NCBI GenBank assembly: GCA_050012755.1 | Contig: JBEKGO010000032.1 | Location: 1 to 28,665 of the forward strand | Length of the DNA stretch: 28,665 nucleotides | Direction of reading: 5' to 3' | Source: Candidatus Bathyarchaeia archaeon | GTDB taxonomy: Archaea > Thermoproteota > Bathyarchaeia > Bathyarchaeales > Bathycorpusculaceae | Part shown: one piece after another, positions 9,869 through 18,178 of the stretch | Numbering within the stretch: the stretch's first letter is position 1 | Layout of the letters: each line of letters opens with the position of its first letter | The notes under the pieces: generated by a model | The model's input: only the letters and a program-made list of their open reading frames with translations | The model's database searches: none | What the model was told of the DNA's origin: nothing | Made by a program: the position numbers and the translations under genes

Positions 9869-9988
9869 ATGAGGTTTTTGCATAATAATAAAGGTGGTTT
9901 AGCTGGGTGGCTCTGGTCAGCTATTGTGATCGTAGTATTGATAATAGTTCTTGTCGTTGTTGTGAGGTTTCTTTTTCACTTGATATAA
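9869..9988 (+). CDS. 39-aa single-TM microprotein with class III (prepilin-like) signal motif
   Basis: MRFLHNNKG/GLAGWLWSAIVIVVLIIVLVVVVRFLFHLI*; strong SD GAGGTGA 8 nt upstream; alternative in-frame ATG at 9848. Confidence 0.65.
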   Translation: MRFLHNNKGGLAGWLWSAIVIVVLIIVLVVVVRFLFHLI

Positions 9989-10001
9989 GGCAAGCTGAAA
10001 G

Positions 10002-10322
10002 AAAGGTTCGACCGAATCTTTAGCTTACCCTATCAAAATATTTTCCCTCATCGAAACATCAGATGGAGCACTTGCAGGGCTGGGCATTGCAAACCCTTAT
10101 TTGAATCCTCAAGGATTACGGGGTTATGCTTACTTAATAAAAACTGCGCCGTTTTTGCCTTTGCCGCCACAAAATCCTTTACCGACACCTTTACCAAGTC
10201 CCACACCAACTCCGACCAAAATAACCATTAACGAACAAATTCTAATAATTGCACTTATAGCGGTAGTTGTTGCTTTAAGTATTGTTCTTTTAATTTATAG
10301 AAGGCATCGAAAGGTGAACTAA
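10002..10322 (+). pseudogene. 5'-truncated surface protein gene (last repeat + Pro/Thr linker + TM anchor)
   Basis: Frame is open upstream of the ORF-track start without a start codon: ...LIETSDGALAGLGIANPYLNPQGLRGYAYLIKT...PTPTPT...IIALIAVVVALSIVLLIYRRHRKVN*. Confidence 0.7.
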
Positions 10323-10324
10323 CT

Positions 10325-10439
10325 GTTTGATGTGTGACTCAAAAAAAATCTGAGTGTTTAACAAAAGACCAAGCGTAACTGAAAAAGAGGTTTAGTGGAA
10401 GTTGCGTGTTTCTTTGCGTTTCTCTGCTTCTTCATAGAA
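10325..10439 (+). repeat. ~116-bp direct repeat, copy B
   Basis: Aligns with 8753-8868 (15 substitutions and 1 indel by manual count). Confidence 0.92.
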
Positions 10440-10570
10440 GCACAACCTTGGAATTGTGAACAGCCACAAATTGTTTGCTTCACCCAGTCGGGAGCGCTTA
10501 AGCTAGCAGTAAAAAATTACTGAGGCTAAAGGTGGATGACGCCCAGCACACCAGCTTTCCAAGCATAGAA

Positions 10571-10942
10571 TTAGACGACTTTTATGTTGCTGCCAACACT
10601 GGCAAGTTTTCGATCCCTTGTTAGCAATACCTCATCGTGCGCCAATGATATGCCGGCAATAAGCAAATCGTTCTCATTAATCATTCTGCCGGAATCCTTA
10701 AGCTCTTTAAAAAGAAGAGCGGCTTTTCTTGCAGCGTCACTATCGAATGGATAGATAGTTAATTCCGCGAGGAAATCTTCTGCCAGCTGTCTCTTCAGCT
10801 TTGTCTTATGCTTAAGCAATTCATACTCAGTTATGCTGGTTGTCCTAATTTCTTCCTCGTTGGCGATTTCTTGTATTAATGAAACAAGCCTTTCGTCGCC
10901 AGCTATGAAATCGATGATAACGCTTGTATCGATTAACATCAT
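10571..10942 (-). CDS. vapC: VapC PIN-domain toxin
   Basis: LIDTSVIID, ITEYEL, NDLLIAG, LLTRD motifs. Confidence 0.94.
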   Translation of the reverse strand: MMLIDTSVIIDFIAGDERLVSLIQEIANEEEIRTTSITEYELLKHKTKLKRQLAEDFLAELTIYPFDSDAARKAALLFKELKDSGRMINENDLLIAGISLAHDEVLLTRDRKLASVGSNIKVV

Positions 10943-11175
10943 TATTCCTCTTCGAATGATCTGCCGTAATTTGCTTCCCTTTCAGCAGCAATTTGTATTT
11001 TTAGCTGCTCAAGTTTTTCCTTTTCGTTTTTCATGACCCCTGCAAATTTCATTATGTCGGTTTTCTTTTTTGTTGAGCAGAGGCTTTCTTTTATTACTTC
11101 GGAGAAGCTTTTTTTGCCTTTTCGCTTTGATAGAAGTTCGTAAACTTCGTTTGAGACTGAAATCTGTCGTGCCAT
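10942..11175 (-). CDS. vapB: VapB antitoxin (archaeal VAPB_antitox-like)
   Basis: ISVSNEVYELL...KSFSEVI...FAG pattern; TAATG coupling to vapC. Confidence 0.88.
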   Translation of the reverse strand: MARQISVSNEVYELLSKRKGKKSFSEVIKESLCSTKKKTDIMKFAGVMKNEKEKLEQLKIQIAAEREANYGRSFEEE

Positions 11176-11187
11176 CTTAGTCCCTCA

Positions 11188-11204
11188 ATACATAATGTAT
11201 ACAT
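11188..11204. promoter_or_regulatory. Putative vapBC autoregulatory operator
   Basis: Overlapping palindromes ATACAT-A-ATGTAT and ATGTATACAT between the TATA-like box and the vapB start. Confidence 0.5.
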
Positions 11205-11475
11205 ACTTACTGATAAATCTACTCTGATGAGGCATCTACCTGAACAATCAGTAGCCCGATTAGCCGAATATGCATTTCAGCACATGTTTAGGTCTGGTAT
11301 TGTTTACAAGCTATGGAGAAACCGCTACTCAGGATAAGAGTTCAACAAGGTAACTTCCCAAACTTAGTTGTTAAGCGCATCTCTCAAAAACAGCAGTCAA
11401 AAAATCTTGACTAAACTCAGTCAAGAGACCTTTACGAGAAGCCTTTTATCGTCAACGGTTGCTGTGGTAGAGTGG

Positions 11476-12936
11476 ATGAGTATGGGTAAAGCTTTAGCCT
11501 TATTGATTGTTGCATTGTTCTTAACATCTCTAGTTATGTTTCAACCTGCCCCTATGAAAGCTCAAACTCAAAACTCACTCGTTTTTGATGATTTCAACGG
11601 AGCAAATCTTGATTCAGGAAAATGGACAATAGAGCAGGGACCAAAAGAATCAAGTGGGTCAGTCACAGTCGCAGACAGCTTCCTGTCGCTAACTAGCGAT
11701 GAAGGAGGCTTTCCTCGGGTAGTCAGCGCGACAGACCCTTTTCCTGCAACAGGTGATTTCGCAGTTGATTTTGACATCACTTATACACGAATCACGGATT
11801 GGGGAGATGGAATATGGATCTCTCAAGGCCCGTTTGTTCCAAGCCAAGATCACATTTATGCAAACATCCTGCAGGTTTGGGCGACCACGACGGATGGCGT
11901 GACAATGTACTTATTGGGAAAAGAGGTTTACAGAGATAGCCTCTACACCCATCCGACTCCTTGGGGATATTGGAACACTTCTAAAATTGAAATTAGGCTA
12001 CAGTACTCGAATGCTATGTACACCTTGTTTACAAACGGCGTGGAAGTGGCTTCGGGCGCATCCGGCTTACGAGCTGATGTTTTCGGATTCGGACTTTGTG
12101 TTTTTCCAGGCATGCCAAGTTCGCAACCTCACATTTGGAGTAATTTCAAGACGGACTCCGTAAGAGTTCTGCCTTCAGCGAGCGTCACTCTCTCCTCGAG
12201 TCCCATATCCCCGAGTCTTGGTTTCAAAGTTGACATAAAAGGATCACTGATGGACAAAGACAAGCCGTTGCCCGGGTCAATAATTGTACTGTCGTATCTA
12301 ATTTCAGGCGTGACAACGTGGCAGCCGATTACTTCAGCCGCAACTGATTCCCAAGGAGCTTACATTGCAACTTGGTCCCCCACCGCGACGGGCACTTACT
12401 TGTTGAAGGCAGAGTGGCAAGGCGATGAGAACCACGGTGGAACCTACACAACAAGAAATGTAAGCGTTGCCCGCGGTACTGGCGATGCATTGTTCCTAAA
12501 TTCAGCTCTGATTGTTTCTGTTTCCCTTGGAACCGCGAACTTAAATGTTGGTCAAACTCAACTATTAACTGCTACTGCCATCGGAGGCTCGGGCATCTAC
12601 ACAAGTTACCAATGGTATGTAGATGGAGCATCTCAATCCGGTCAGACTGCGTCAACGTTTAATTTTTCTCCTATTTCCGCAGGTTCTTATTTGATAACTG
12701 CGACAGTTACTGACAGCACAGGTGCGACATCATCTCAGTCCACTGTGGCAAGTATCACAGCTTTAGCCACCCCGACTCCAACACCCACCGCATCGCCTAC
12801 ATCTACTCCAACTCCTGCTGCAACTCCAACGCCGACGCCAACAGTTCCAGAGTTTCAATCTTGGATAATTCTCTTGTCATTAGCCGCAATGACTGGTACA
12901 TTTTTGTTAGTTCATTTCAAGAAACAGAAACATTGA
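11476..12936 (+). CDS. Cell-surface protein: signal peptide, concanavalin/LamG-like domain, Ig-like and PKD-like domains, Thr/Pro linker, PEF-CTERM-type anchor
   Basis: MSMGKALALLIV... signal; FDDFNGANLDSGKW; SYQWYVDG...ITATVTDSTG; (TP)n; VPEF + TM + KKQKH. Start moved to ATG 11476. Confidence 0.85.
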   Translation: MSMGKALALLIVALFLTSLVMFQPAPMKAQTQNSLVFDDFNGANLDSGKWTIEQGPKESSGSVTVADSFLSLTSDEGGFPRVVSATDPFPATGDFAVDFDITYTRITDWGDGIWISQGPFVPSQDHIYANILQVWATTTDGVTMYLLGKEVYRDSLYTHPTPWGYWNTSKIEIRLQYSNAMYTLFTNGVEVASGASGLRADVFGFGLCVFPGMPSSQPHIWSNFKTDSVRVLPSASVTLSSSPISPSLGFKVDIKGSLMDKDKPLPGSIIVLSYLISGVTTWQPITSAATDSQGAYIATWSPTATGTYLLKAEWQGDENHGGTYTTRNVSVARGTGDALFLNSALIVSVSLGTANLNVGQTQLLTATAIGGSGIYTSYQWYVDGASQSGQTASTFNFSPISAGSYLITATVTDSTGATSSQSTVASITALATPTPTPTASPTSTPTPAATPTPTPTVPEFQSWIILLSLAAMTGTFLLVHFKKQKH

Positions 12937-13100
12937 AGTAAGAAAAGATTGAGGACAACATAAGTCATAGCAATCTTAGAATATAATTGGTTCACTCAAA
13001 AAAAAGCAGTCAAAACAAAACCGAACACCTCAAAACCCACAAGTTGCAGAAGAAGCCAAAGCAAAACTCTTAAATGCCAATGACTTAATCAACAAGTTTC

Positions 13101-15983
13101 ATGAGCCAAACCAAGCAAATCGAGCAGAAATGGCAGGCAAAATGGGAAAACGCTCACATTTTTGAGGCTAACCCTGATCCAAAAAGAAAGAAAATAATGG
13201 TGACCTTTCCGTTCCCATATATGAATGGTCCACTTCATGTGGGTCACGCTTTTACTGCTTCGCGGGTTGATGCTTACGCTAGGTTCAAGCGTATGCAGGG
13301 TTACAATGTGCTTTGGCCTTGGGGTTGGCATTGGACGGGGCAACCGCTGCTGGGAGCTAGTCAACGTGTTGCACGAGGCGATGAAGCCTACATTCGAGTT
13401 CTACGAGAAGTTGATGGGGTGCCAGAAGCTGAACTTAAAAAATTTGTTGATCCCCTTTACATGGCTCAGTACTATACTGATGAAGGTCGCTTAGCGGTTA
13501 AAGGCGTGGGTTTCTCTGTAGATTGGAGACGCGAATTTACCACCATTATGCCGACTTTCCAAAAATTTATTGAATGGCAATACAAAAACCTGAAAGAAAA
13601 AGGCTACGTCACTCGTGGAACGCACCCGGTGGTTTGGTGTCCAAAAGATCAAAGCCCAACGGGAGACCATGACCGCCAAGTAGGAGAAGGCGTAACGCCA
13701 GAGCAATATACGCTCATAAAATACAAGCTGGATGGGAACACGTTTTTGCCGGCGGCAACTTTCCGTCCGGAAACCATCTACGGCATCACAAACATATGGA
13801 TAAATCCAGAGGCTACTTACGTTGAAGCAACTGTTAATGGCGAAAACTGGATTATTAGCCAAGAAGCGACTGAAAAACTCAAAGAACAAGAAAAGAAAAT
13901 ACAAATAAAACGCAGCTTTAAAGGAAAAGAGTTAATCGGCAAAACATTTGAAAATCCAGTAACGAAAGAAAAGTTTCCCATTTTGCCCGGTTGGTTTGTA
14001 GATCCCAAAACCGCTACCGGAGTAGTTTACAGCGTACCCGCACATGCCCCGTACGACTGGTTGGCTCTTAAAGATTTGCAGGAAAAGCCAAAAGTTCTCG
14101 CTGAGTTTGGTGTCGATCCGAACATGGTTAAGCAGATTAAACCTATCTCAATCATCAAAGTCGAAGGTTTCGGCGAGTACCCCGCTGTAGAAATAGCCAA
14201 GCAAATGGGCATCAAAGATCAGCACGACCCCAAAGCCGATGAAGCAACAAAAGCACTCTACAAAAAAGAGTTCCATGGTGGCATTCTAAAAGCGAATTGT
14301 GGTCCTTATGCGGGAAAGACTGTTCGAGAGGTAAAAGAAACAATTATTGCCGACTTTCTCAAGCAGGGAGTGGCTGACTGCATGTATGATTTGCCTGAGC
14401 AGGTGGTTTGCCGATGCATGACGCAGTGCATTGTAAAAATTCTCTCAGAGCAATGGTTCCTAAACTACTCCGATCCACATTGGAAAGCAAAAGCAAAAGA
14501 AGCGGTGGCGCAAATGACGATTTACCCTGATTCAGCAAAACAATCCTTCTACACCGTTATCGATTGGTTGAGAGAATGGGCTTGCGCAAGAACCACAGGT
14601 TTCGGAACACCACTGCCGTGGGGAAAAGGCTGGATAATCGAGACCTTGAGCGACTCCACAGTTTACATGGCATTCTACACAATAAACAAACACATAAAAC
14701 AAAACAGGATAAAACCTGAAGCGTTAACGCCAGCGGTTTTCGATTATGTTTTCTATGGTAAAGGCAGCTCTGAACAACTGGAAAAAACCGTTGGAATAAA
14801 AGGTGACTTACTAGAATCGATGCGGAGTGAATTCTTGTACTGGTATCCATTTGACCTAAGAAACTCAGCTAAAGAGCTTGTGCCAAACCACTTAACCTTC
14901 TGCATTTTCCATCATGCCGCCCTGTTTCCGCCAGAGCATTGGCCCAAAGCCATTGGAGTAAATGGCATGCTCATGGTTGAAGGTCAGGGGATGCACAAGA
15001 GCAAAGGCAACTTCATAACAATGAAGGGCGCAGTTGAAAAATACGGTGCCGACGCAACACGCTGCGCACTGCTGCTGGGGGCTGAAGGAATGGATGACCC
15101 TGACTGGCGAGACGAAAACGTAAGCGATTTGCAGGGGAAGTTTGAAGGGCTACTTAGTTTTGCAAGCGGAATAATTCTTAATGCCAAAAGAGAAGAGAAC
15201 ACAGTACTTGAGCGTTGGCTAATAAGCAGGCTTCAACACCGAATAAAAGAGGTCACAGTCAGCTTAGATGAGCTTAAAACCCGAACCGCTTTGCAGACTG
15301 CATTGTTCGAAACATGGAATGACCTGCGCTGGTACATTCAACGAAAAGGCAATAGTGATGCTAAAGCGCTTCGCGAAGCAGTTATGATTTGGCTCAAAAT
15401 GCTTGCACCATTCGCTCCTTTCCTAACTGAGGAGCTATGGGGCCAAACAGGCGAACCATGTTTCATTAGCGTAGCACAGTGGCCGGTTTGTGATGAAACA
15501 AAAGTGGACATTGCTGCGGAAGAACAGGAAAATTTGATAACTGATGTGATGTCCGATACATCAAATATCCTTAAAGCGATGAAAATAACGCCTAAACAAG
15601 TTTGTTACTATGCAGCCGCACCATGGAAATGGCAGGTATACATAAAGATTCTAGAGGAAAGCTTAGCGGGAGAAGCCAAAATTAACGAACTCATGAAAAA
15701 ATTTGCTGCAGACAAAGATTTGAAGCCGCATATGAAGGATATTGCTGGAATGGTTCCGAGAGTAATGAAAGCTTTAACTAAACTGCCAGTCGACCGAAAA
15801 GCTAACATATTGAAAATCAAAAAAGCAAGCGAAAAAGAGCTCTTAGAAAACGCTACTAGCTTTTTTAAGGAACGCTTCAATGCCGAAGTATCCGTCTACA
15901 GTGAAGTTGACCAGAAACGATATGACCCTAAACAACGAGCAGCGATGGCTATGCCCTATCAACCAGCCATTTACGTCGAGTAA
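13101..15983 (+). CDS. leuS: Leucine--tRNA ligase (archaeal type)
   Basis: FPFPYMNGPLHVGH, ATFRPET editing domain, VPAHAPYD, ETLSDSTVY; KMSKS motif appears as GMHKS. Confidence 0.98.
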   Translation: MSQTKQIEQKWQAKWENAHIFEANPDPKRKKIMVTFPFPYMNGPLHVGHAFTASRVDAYARFKRMQGYNVLWPWGWHWTGQPLLGASQRVARGDEAYIRVLREVDGVPEAELKKFVDPLYMAQYYTDEGRLAVKGVGFSVDWRREFTTIMPTFQKFIEWQYKNLKEKGYVTRGTHPVVWCPKDQSPTGDHDRQVGEGVTPEQYTLIKYKLDGNTFLPAATFRPETIYGITNIWINPEATYVEATVNGENWIISQEATEKLKEQEKKIQIKRSFKGKELIGKTFENPVTKEKFPILPGWFVDPKTATGVVYSVPAHAPYDWLALKDLQEKPKVLAEFGVDPNMVKQIKPISIIKVEGFGEYPAVEIAKQMGIKDQHDPKADEATKALYKKEFHGGILKANCGPYAGKTVREVKETIIADFLKQGVADCMYDLPEQVVCRCMTQCIVKILSEQWFLNYSDPHWKAKAKEAVAQMTIYPDSAKQSFYTVIDWLREWACARTTGFGTPLPWGKGWIIETLSDSTVYMAFYTINKHIKQNRIKPEALTPAVFDYVFYGKGSSEQLEKTVGIKGDLLESMRSEFLYWYPFDLRNSAKELVPNHLTFCIFHHAALFPPEHWPKAIGVNGMLMVEGQGMHKSKGNFITMKGAVEKYGADATRCALLLGAEGMDDPDWRDENVSDLQGKFEGLLSFASGIILNAKREENTVLERWLISRLQHRIKEVTVSLDELKTRTALQTALFETWNDLRWYIQRKGNSDAKALREAVMIWLKMLAPFAPFLTEELWGQTGEPCFISVAQWPVCDETKVDIAAEEQENLITDVMSDTSNILKAMKITPKQVCYYAAAPWKWQVYIKILEESLAGEAKINELMKKFAADKDLKPHMKDIAGMVPRVMKALTKLPVDRKANILKIKKASEKELLENATSFFKERFNAEVSVYSEVDQKRYDPKQRAAMAMPYQPAIYVE

Positions 15984-16171
15984 CCTAAATTTACTTTCCT
16001 TTAACTATTAAATTTGAACTCAATTATCAGTACGAAAAACAATTAAGCACACGCAAACAGTTGTCTAAAAGGAGAACGATTCGATTTTTGCCGTCAAGAG
16101 GAGAGGCTGGGCTTAACTTACCATTTCTAAAAAAATTCTTTGATGCCGCAAAACTCTTCTTGATTAATTTT

Positions 16172-16570
16172 TTAGCTGCTTACTTCTTGAGGCTCTTCGC
16201 GGTTTTTCAATTTCTCTTCCAGAAGCATTAGCAGTTCCTGAGGCTTTACAGGTTTTACCAAATAAGCATCTGCACCTTCGTCAAGTGCTTTAACACCGGT
16301 TTCTAATGATGGAAAGCCTGTAATCATTATTTTTACTGTATGCTGCAGCTGGTTTTTGAGTTTAGCAAGTAAATCCGTGCCATCCATGTCTGGAAGTCTA
16401 ATGTCAACCAAGGCTAAATCGTAATTTCGATTTTCAGCTTTTTCCATGGCTTCTTTTCCAGTTTCTGCAACATCAATCTCGTAGCCGCTTTTTTGAAGAA
16501 TACGCGTGAACGTTCGAAGTATTGATTTATCATCATCAACGACAAGTATTGTTTTTTTGCGCGTTTCCAC
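16172..16570 (-). CDS. Stand-alone response regulator receiver (CheY-like)
   Basis: ILVVDDD, DLALVDIRLPDMDG, MITG, AYLVKP; GTG at 16570 follows SD GAGGT (16597 is an alternative start). Confidence 0.9.
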   Translation of the reverse strand: METRKKTILVVDDDKSILRTFTRILQKSGYEIDVAETGKEAMEKAENRNYDLALVDIRLPDMDGTDLLAKLKNQLQHTVKIMITGFPSLETGVKALDEGADAYLVKPVKPQELLMLLEEKLKNREEPQEVSS

Positions 16571-16900
16571 TTTAATCAAACCTCTTTTTTTAGACACAGT
16601 ACCTTCTTCAACCCTTATGAGTTGGAATGACAAGCTATCAAAGTCGCTGCAACCGCAAATCAAACGCATGCTTGATTTGAGGCAACAAAGACTTCTACCC
16701 TTTTTGGGGACAAATTTAAAGATGTTTTTCGAGACTAATAAACGCTATCCCCTCTTCAATGTTGCACTACAACAAAAAATACTATGATTATTTTAAAGAA
16801 AAAACTTCTAAAGCATTATCTTTGGCATCAAATGCACTTTGTTGCATCCTTCAAGGGCTTTTGAATGTCACTCTTTGAGGTAAAGGCAATGTAGGTTCAC

Positions 16901-17003
16901 TTTCTTTGACTTATTTTGACTTAATTTGACTTTTTTAGACTTATTTTGACTCAACCTGCAAAAGATTTAAGCTTTAAAACAAAAAAGCAACCCAAAACAC
17001 AAA
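16901..17003 (+). repeat. 10-bp-phased TTTTGAC array (5 units) + CAACCTGCA-N20-AAAAAAGCAACC core, copy 1
   Basis: tttctttgac ttattttgac ttaatttgac ttttttagac ttattttgac tcaacctgca; related to 28273-28365 and 28411-28537. Confidence 0.85.
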
Positions 17004-17153
17004 CAAAAAATTTTGTTAAAAAAACCGTCAATAGTTAATCTTTAAGTAAAGAAGTCTCAGAAAATTATTCTATTACAAAGATAGATTTTTCAAATTTGTC
17101 TCATCTCGAAATACTTATCCGTTTCAAAGTTCTAGTTTAAGCTGGTTTGGGGG

Positions 17154-18107
17154 ATGCATTTAGTGAGTTATGCTATCCAGCTAATTAGCCCAGAAGAAAA
17201 AGACAGACTGTTTGAAGCATATGAACATAGATTACTTTATACAAGCAAAGCTGAAGTTTACGGTTGCTGCATTAAACTGTTAACAGAGTCGGAAGCAACT
17301 AGAAATAGATGGGAAGACAATTTTTTCACAGCAAACGAAAACAACCGATCCCACGGACGGCTTGTTGTTGTTAATGAGCCAGGTCAACCTTTAAGCGTTA
17401 AATATGACCCTTACACAAAAACTGCCTTTCTAGTTAACGTTGACTATTACGGGTGGATAAAAAGCATCGCACTTGCCATCGCAGGAGACATCTTAGAAGA
17501 TGAACACAGAATTTACTCTGTCCACGGCGCCGCAATCGACATCGGGTGCGTAGGTGTTTCGATAATTGCTCCTTCAGGCACGGGCAAAACGACCCATTCT
17601 TGGGGATTGCTGCTTCTTAAGAACGCGAGGTTAGTTTCTGATGATTGGTACTTCGTTAGGCTCTCAAGCCATTTGCCTTTAGCGTTCGGTTCTGAAAAAA
17701 ACTGTTATATTGATGCGGATTTAGGCAAGATTTGGAATAAGTATGAAGGTTTGGTGGATAAAGCGCAGTTTGATCAGAGAGGCAGGGCAATTGTGAACGT
17801 GCGATGGATTGTCGGAGGAGGCGGCGTTATTCCAATGACGACTTTGCAAAAAATAATTCTGCTAAAAAGAGAGCCTCAAGACAAAAACATCGTTACTCGA
17901 TTAAGCTCGACTGAAGCATTGAAGTTTATGTTAGAACGAAACTTTTGCAATCCACACCAGCTAGTGAAGGATGAGAGAAAAACTGAGCTTAGAAAAAACT
18001 TTTTCAACAAGCTTTTTGAACAAACAGAGGTCTATCTTGTGAACACAATAGGAACTCCGCAAGCCACACAAGACGAGATTAGAAAGTTTCTTTCCGTGAA
18101 AAAATAA
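17154..18107 (+). CDS. HPr kinase-like P-loop protein
   Basis: VHGAAI, Walker A APSGTGKTT, LVSDDW (HPrK/PEPCK-type signature). Confidence 0.8.
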   Translation: MHLVSYAIQLISPEEKDRLFEAYEHRLLYTSKAEVYGCCIKLLTESEATRNRWEDNFFTANENNRSHGRLVVVNEPGQPLSVKYDPYTKTAFLVNVDYYGWIKSIALAIAGDILEDEHRIYSVHGAAIDIGCVGVSIIAPSGTGKTTHSWGLLLLKNARLVSDDWYFVRLSSHLPLAFGSEKNCYIDADLGKIWNKYEGLVDKAQFDQRGRAIVNVRWIVGGGGVIPMTTLQKIILLKREPQDKNIVTRLSSTEALKFMLERNFCNPHQLVKDERKTELRKNFFNKLFEQTEVYLVNTIGTPQATQDEIRKFLSVKK

Positions 18108-18178
18108 GTTGTTTTTATGGAAAGAATAATAAAGCTTGGCAGTCGAGTTAGCTCAAGTTTGCAGGAGGAAAAAGTGGT

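Noticed and set aside
8753-10439. 116-bp repeats as integron attC sites
   Set aside because: No paired RYYYAAC/GTTRRRY ends or long imperfect palindrome; no IntI in the window.
16901-16950. Phased repeats as a CRISPR array
   Set aside because: Units are 10 bp, contiguous and have no unique spacers.
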